From Octopus sinensis (Eukaryota), in the NCBI RefSeq assembly GCF_006345805.1, contig NC_043015.1, forward strand, positions 13,578,001-13,642,000: a DNA stretch of 64,000 bases, written 5' to 3'. A program made the translations under genes and the position numbers. Of the stretch, positions 62,731 through 64,000 are shown piece after piece; the first letter of the stretch is position 1, and each line of letters begins with the position of its first letter. Below the pieces are notes generated by a model that saw only the letters and a program-made list of their open reading frames with translations, did no database searches and was not told where the DNA came from.

Positions 62731-64000
62731 CTACAATAGGTACACTGCAGAGATATATCTAACAATATTAGCCCGTATTTTAGCTGAGCCTTAAGTTTTA
62801 AAAGTGCAGCTGACTACTATTACATTTTACCCTTTCAATTGAGAAATTTTTTCCCAACCTTCCCTAGAGGGCTTGTTTAAATCACTGCTTGTTTACAGTA
62901 TAAGCTAAAATAATGTTCTTGAGAGTTAATGTGTCAAGTATGCATGAATTAAAAACAATAGCAGGTTTTAATTTTCTGGGTTAATTAGGTGATGTTTATA
63001 ATATAGGTTTAATTAAAATTCTTGGGAATATTTTATGGAAATGACAACATTTATGGGAAGATATTATCTGTAGCATTCTGTCCTGAGAAATAATTATTTG
63101 ACAATTTTTTTTTTTAGGGTAGAGCCTGAAAGGGAACAGAAAACTGCATCAAATTTGAACATCTGAGTTCAAATGTTGCTGAGATTGACTTTGCCCTTCA
63201 TCATTTCAGTGTCAATAAGATAAAGCACCAGCCAAGTACTAGAGTTGGTCTAGCAGCAAAATATGAAACTGTTATTATTTAGCCCCAGTTTGTCCAGCAG
63301 ACTTCTGACTAAAGCTTTTCCAGCTGTGACCATCCCACCTTTTATTCAAACAAAATGCATCTAGGTCTACATTATTCAATGTATCCTTCCATTATTAATG
63401 ATTTGAGTGAGATTTAGCTGCTACTGCTAGCAAACAGATCAACGAAATGGGAGCTCCCACATTAGCTCATATTTATTGCTGTTTGTAATAATGGTCCCAA
63501 ATTTTGGTACATGGTCAGCAGTTTTTTAGGGGTGGTGGGTTAGTGAATTACTTCAACCCAATTGCTCGTACTTAATTTATTGATCCTAGAAGGATAGGAA
63601 GTAAAGTCAACTTGGGTGAAATTTGAACCCAGGATGAGAAAAGCAGGTGGAAGTATTTTTATGAAGGATGGGTAACTGTAATAGATTAAGAGTGTTGTTT
63701 GATAATACCAACATTTCTTGAACATAAACCAATACTAACATTGTACGCGGCACAGATACACCGTGTTTATTTGAATAGAAAACTTGTAACAAATATTCCC
63801 ATGTCATGAAATTCCTTCTTAATTGAATTAACACTCTGTAGCTCTCTTAAATTTCTAAAAGGGAAAGACCTGTTTCACGTTGAAGCTGTATAGAATGTTG
63901 GGTTTCACTACCATTCTACAATTAATAATCATTTCACACAGTTTATTCTTTACTGGGAGTGGGATGAGAAGTAACTTGTTGTTAACAAAGGTTACAAAAG

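Overview
AT-rich, microsatellite- and SINE-dense eukaryotic DNA with spliceosomal introns. The repeat families (tRNA-derived SINEs with a GGCGGCGAGCTGGCAGA head or a GGAGTGGCTGTGTGGTAAG head, an RTE LINE with a (GAT)n tail, long (TA)n/(TATG)n/(TAT)n tracts) look like an octopus (coleoid cephalopod) genome; this is inferred from pattern recognition, not a database hit. There are no prokaryotic features (no operons, CRISPR or rRNA). Bases ~1-42 kb are CpG-retaining intergenic DNA full of transposon remnants: Helitron, CRE, Penelope, Dong/R4, HERO-like, Tc1, DD37E, mariner, hAT and Ginger-like MITEs. Bases ~42-64 kb are CpG-depleted and hold the 3' part of a minus-strand gene: a ~1.55 kb terminal coding exon (46743-48289) for a Tyr-motif-rich low-complexity tail I cannot name, and a candidate upstream exon at 61401-61567. 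The most unusual observations are: (1) an ~85%-identical inverted copy of the end of that exon ~6 kb upstream in the presumed intron, which carries a 26-bp-stem hairpin; (2) three in-frame stops in the exon caused by two small duplications totalling 36 nt; (3) minimal hammerhead-ribozyme motifs in Penelope-type repeats; (4) a DD37E (TRT-like) transposase remnant; (5) a TGT..ACA/CCGG-TSD MITE; (6) a uniform antisense orientation of one SINE family inside the gene. Single-base deletions in the young RTE copy suggest imperfect consensus accuracy, so frameshifts must be checked against reads.
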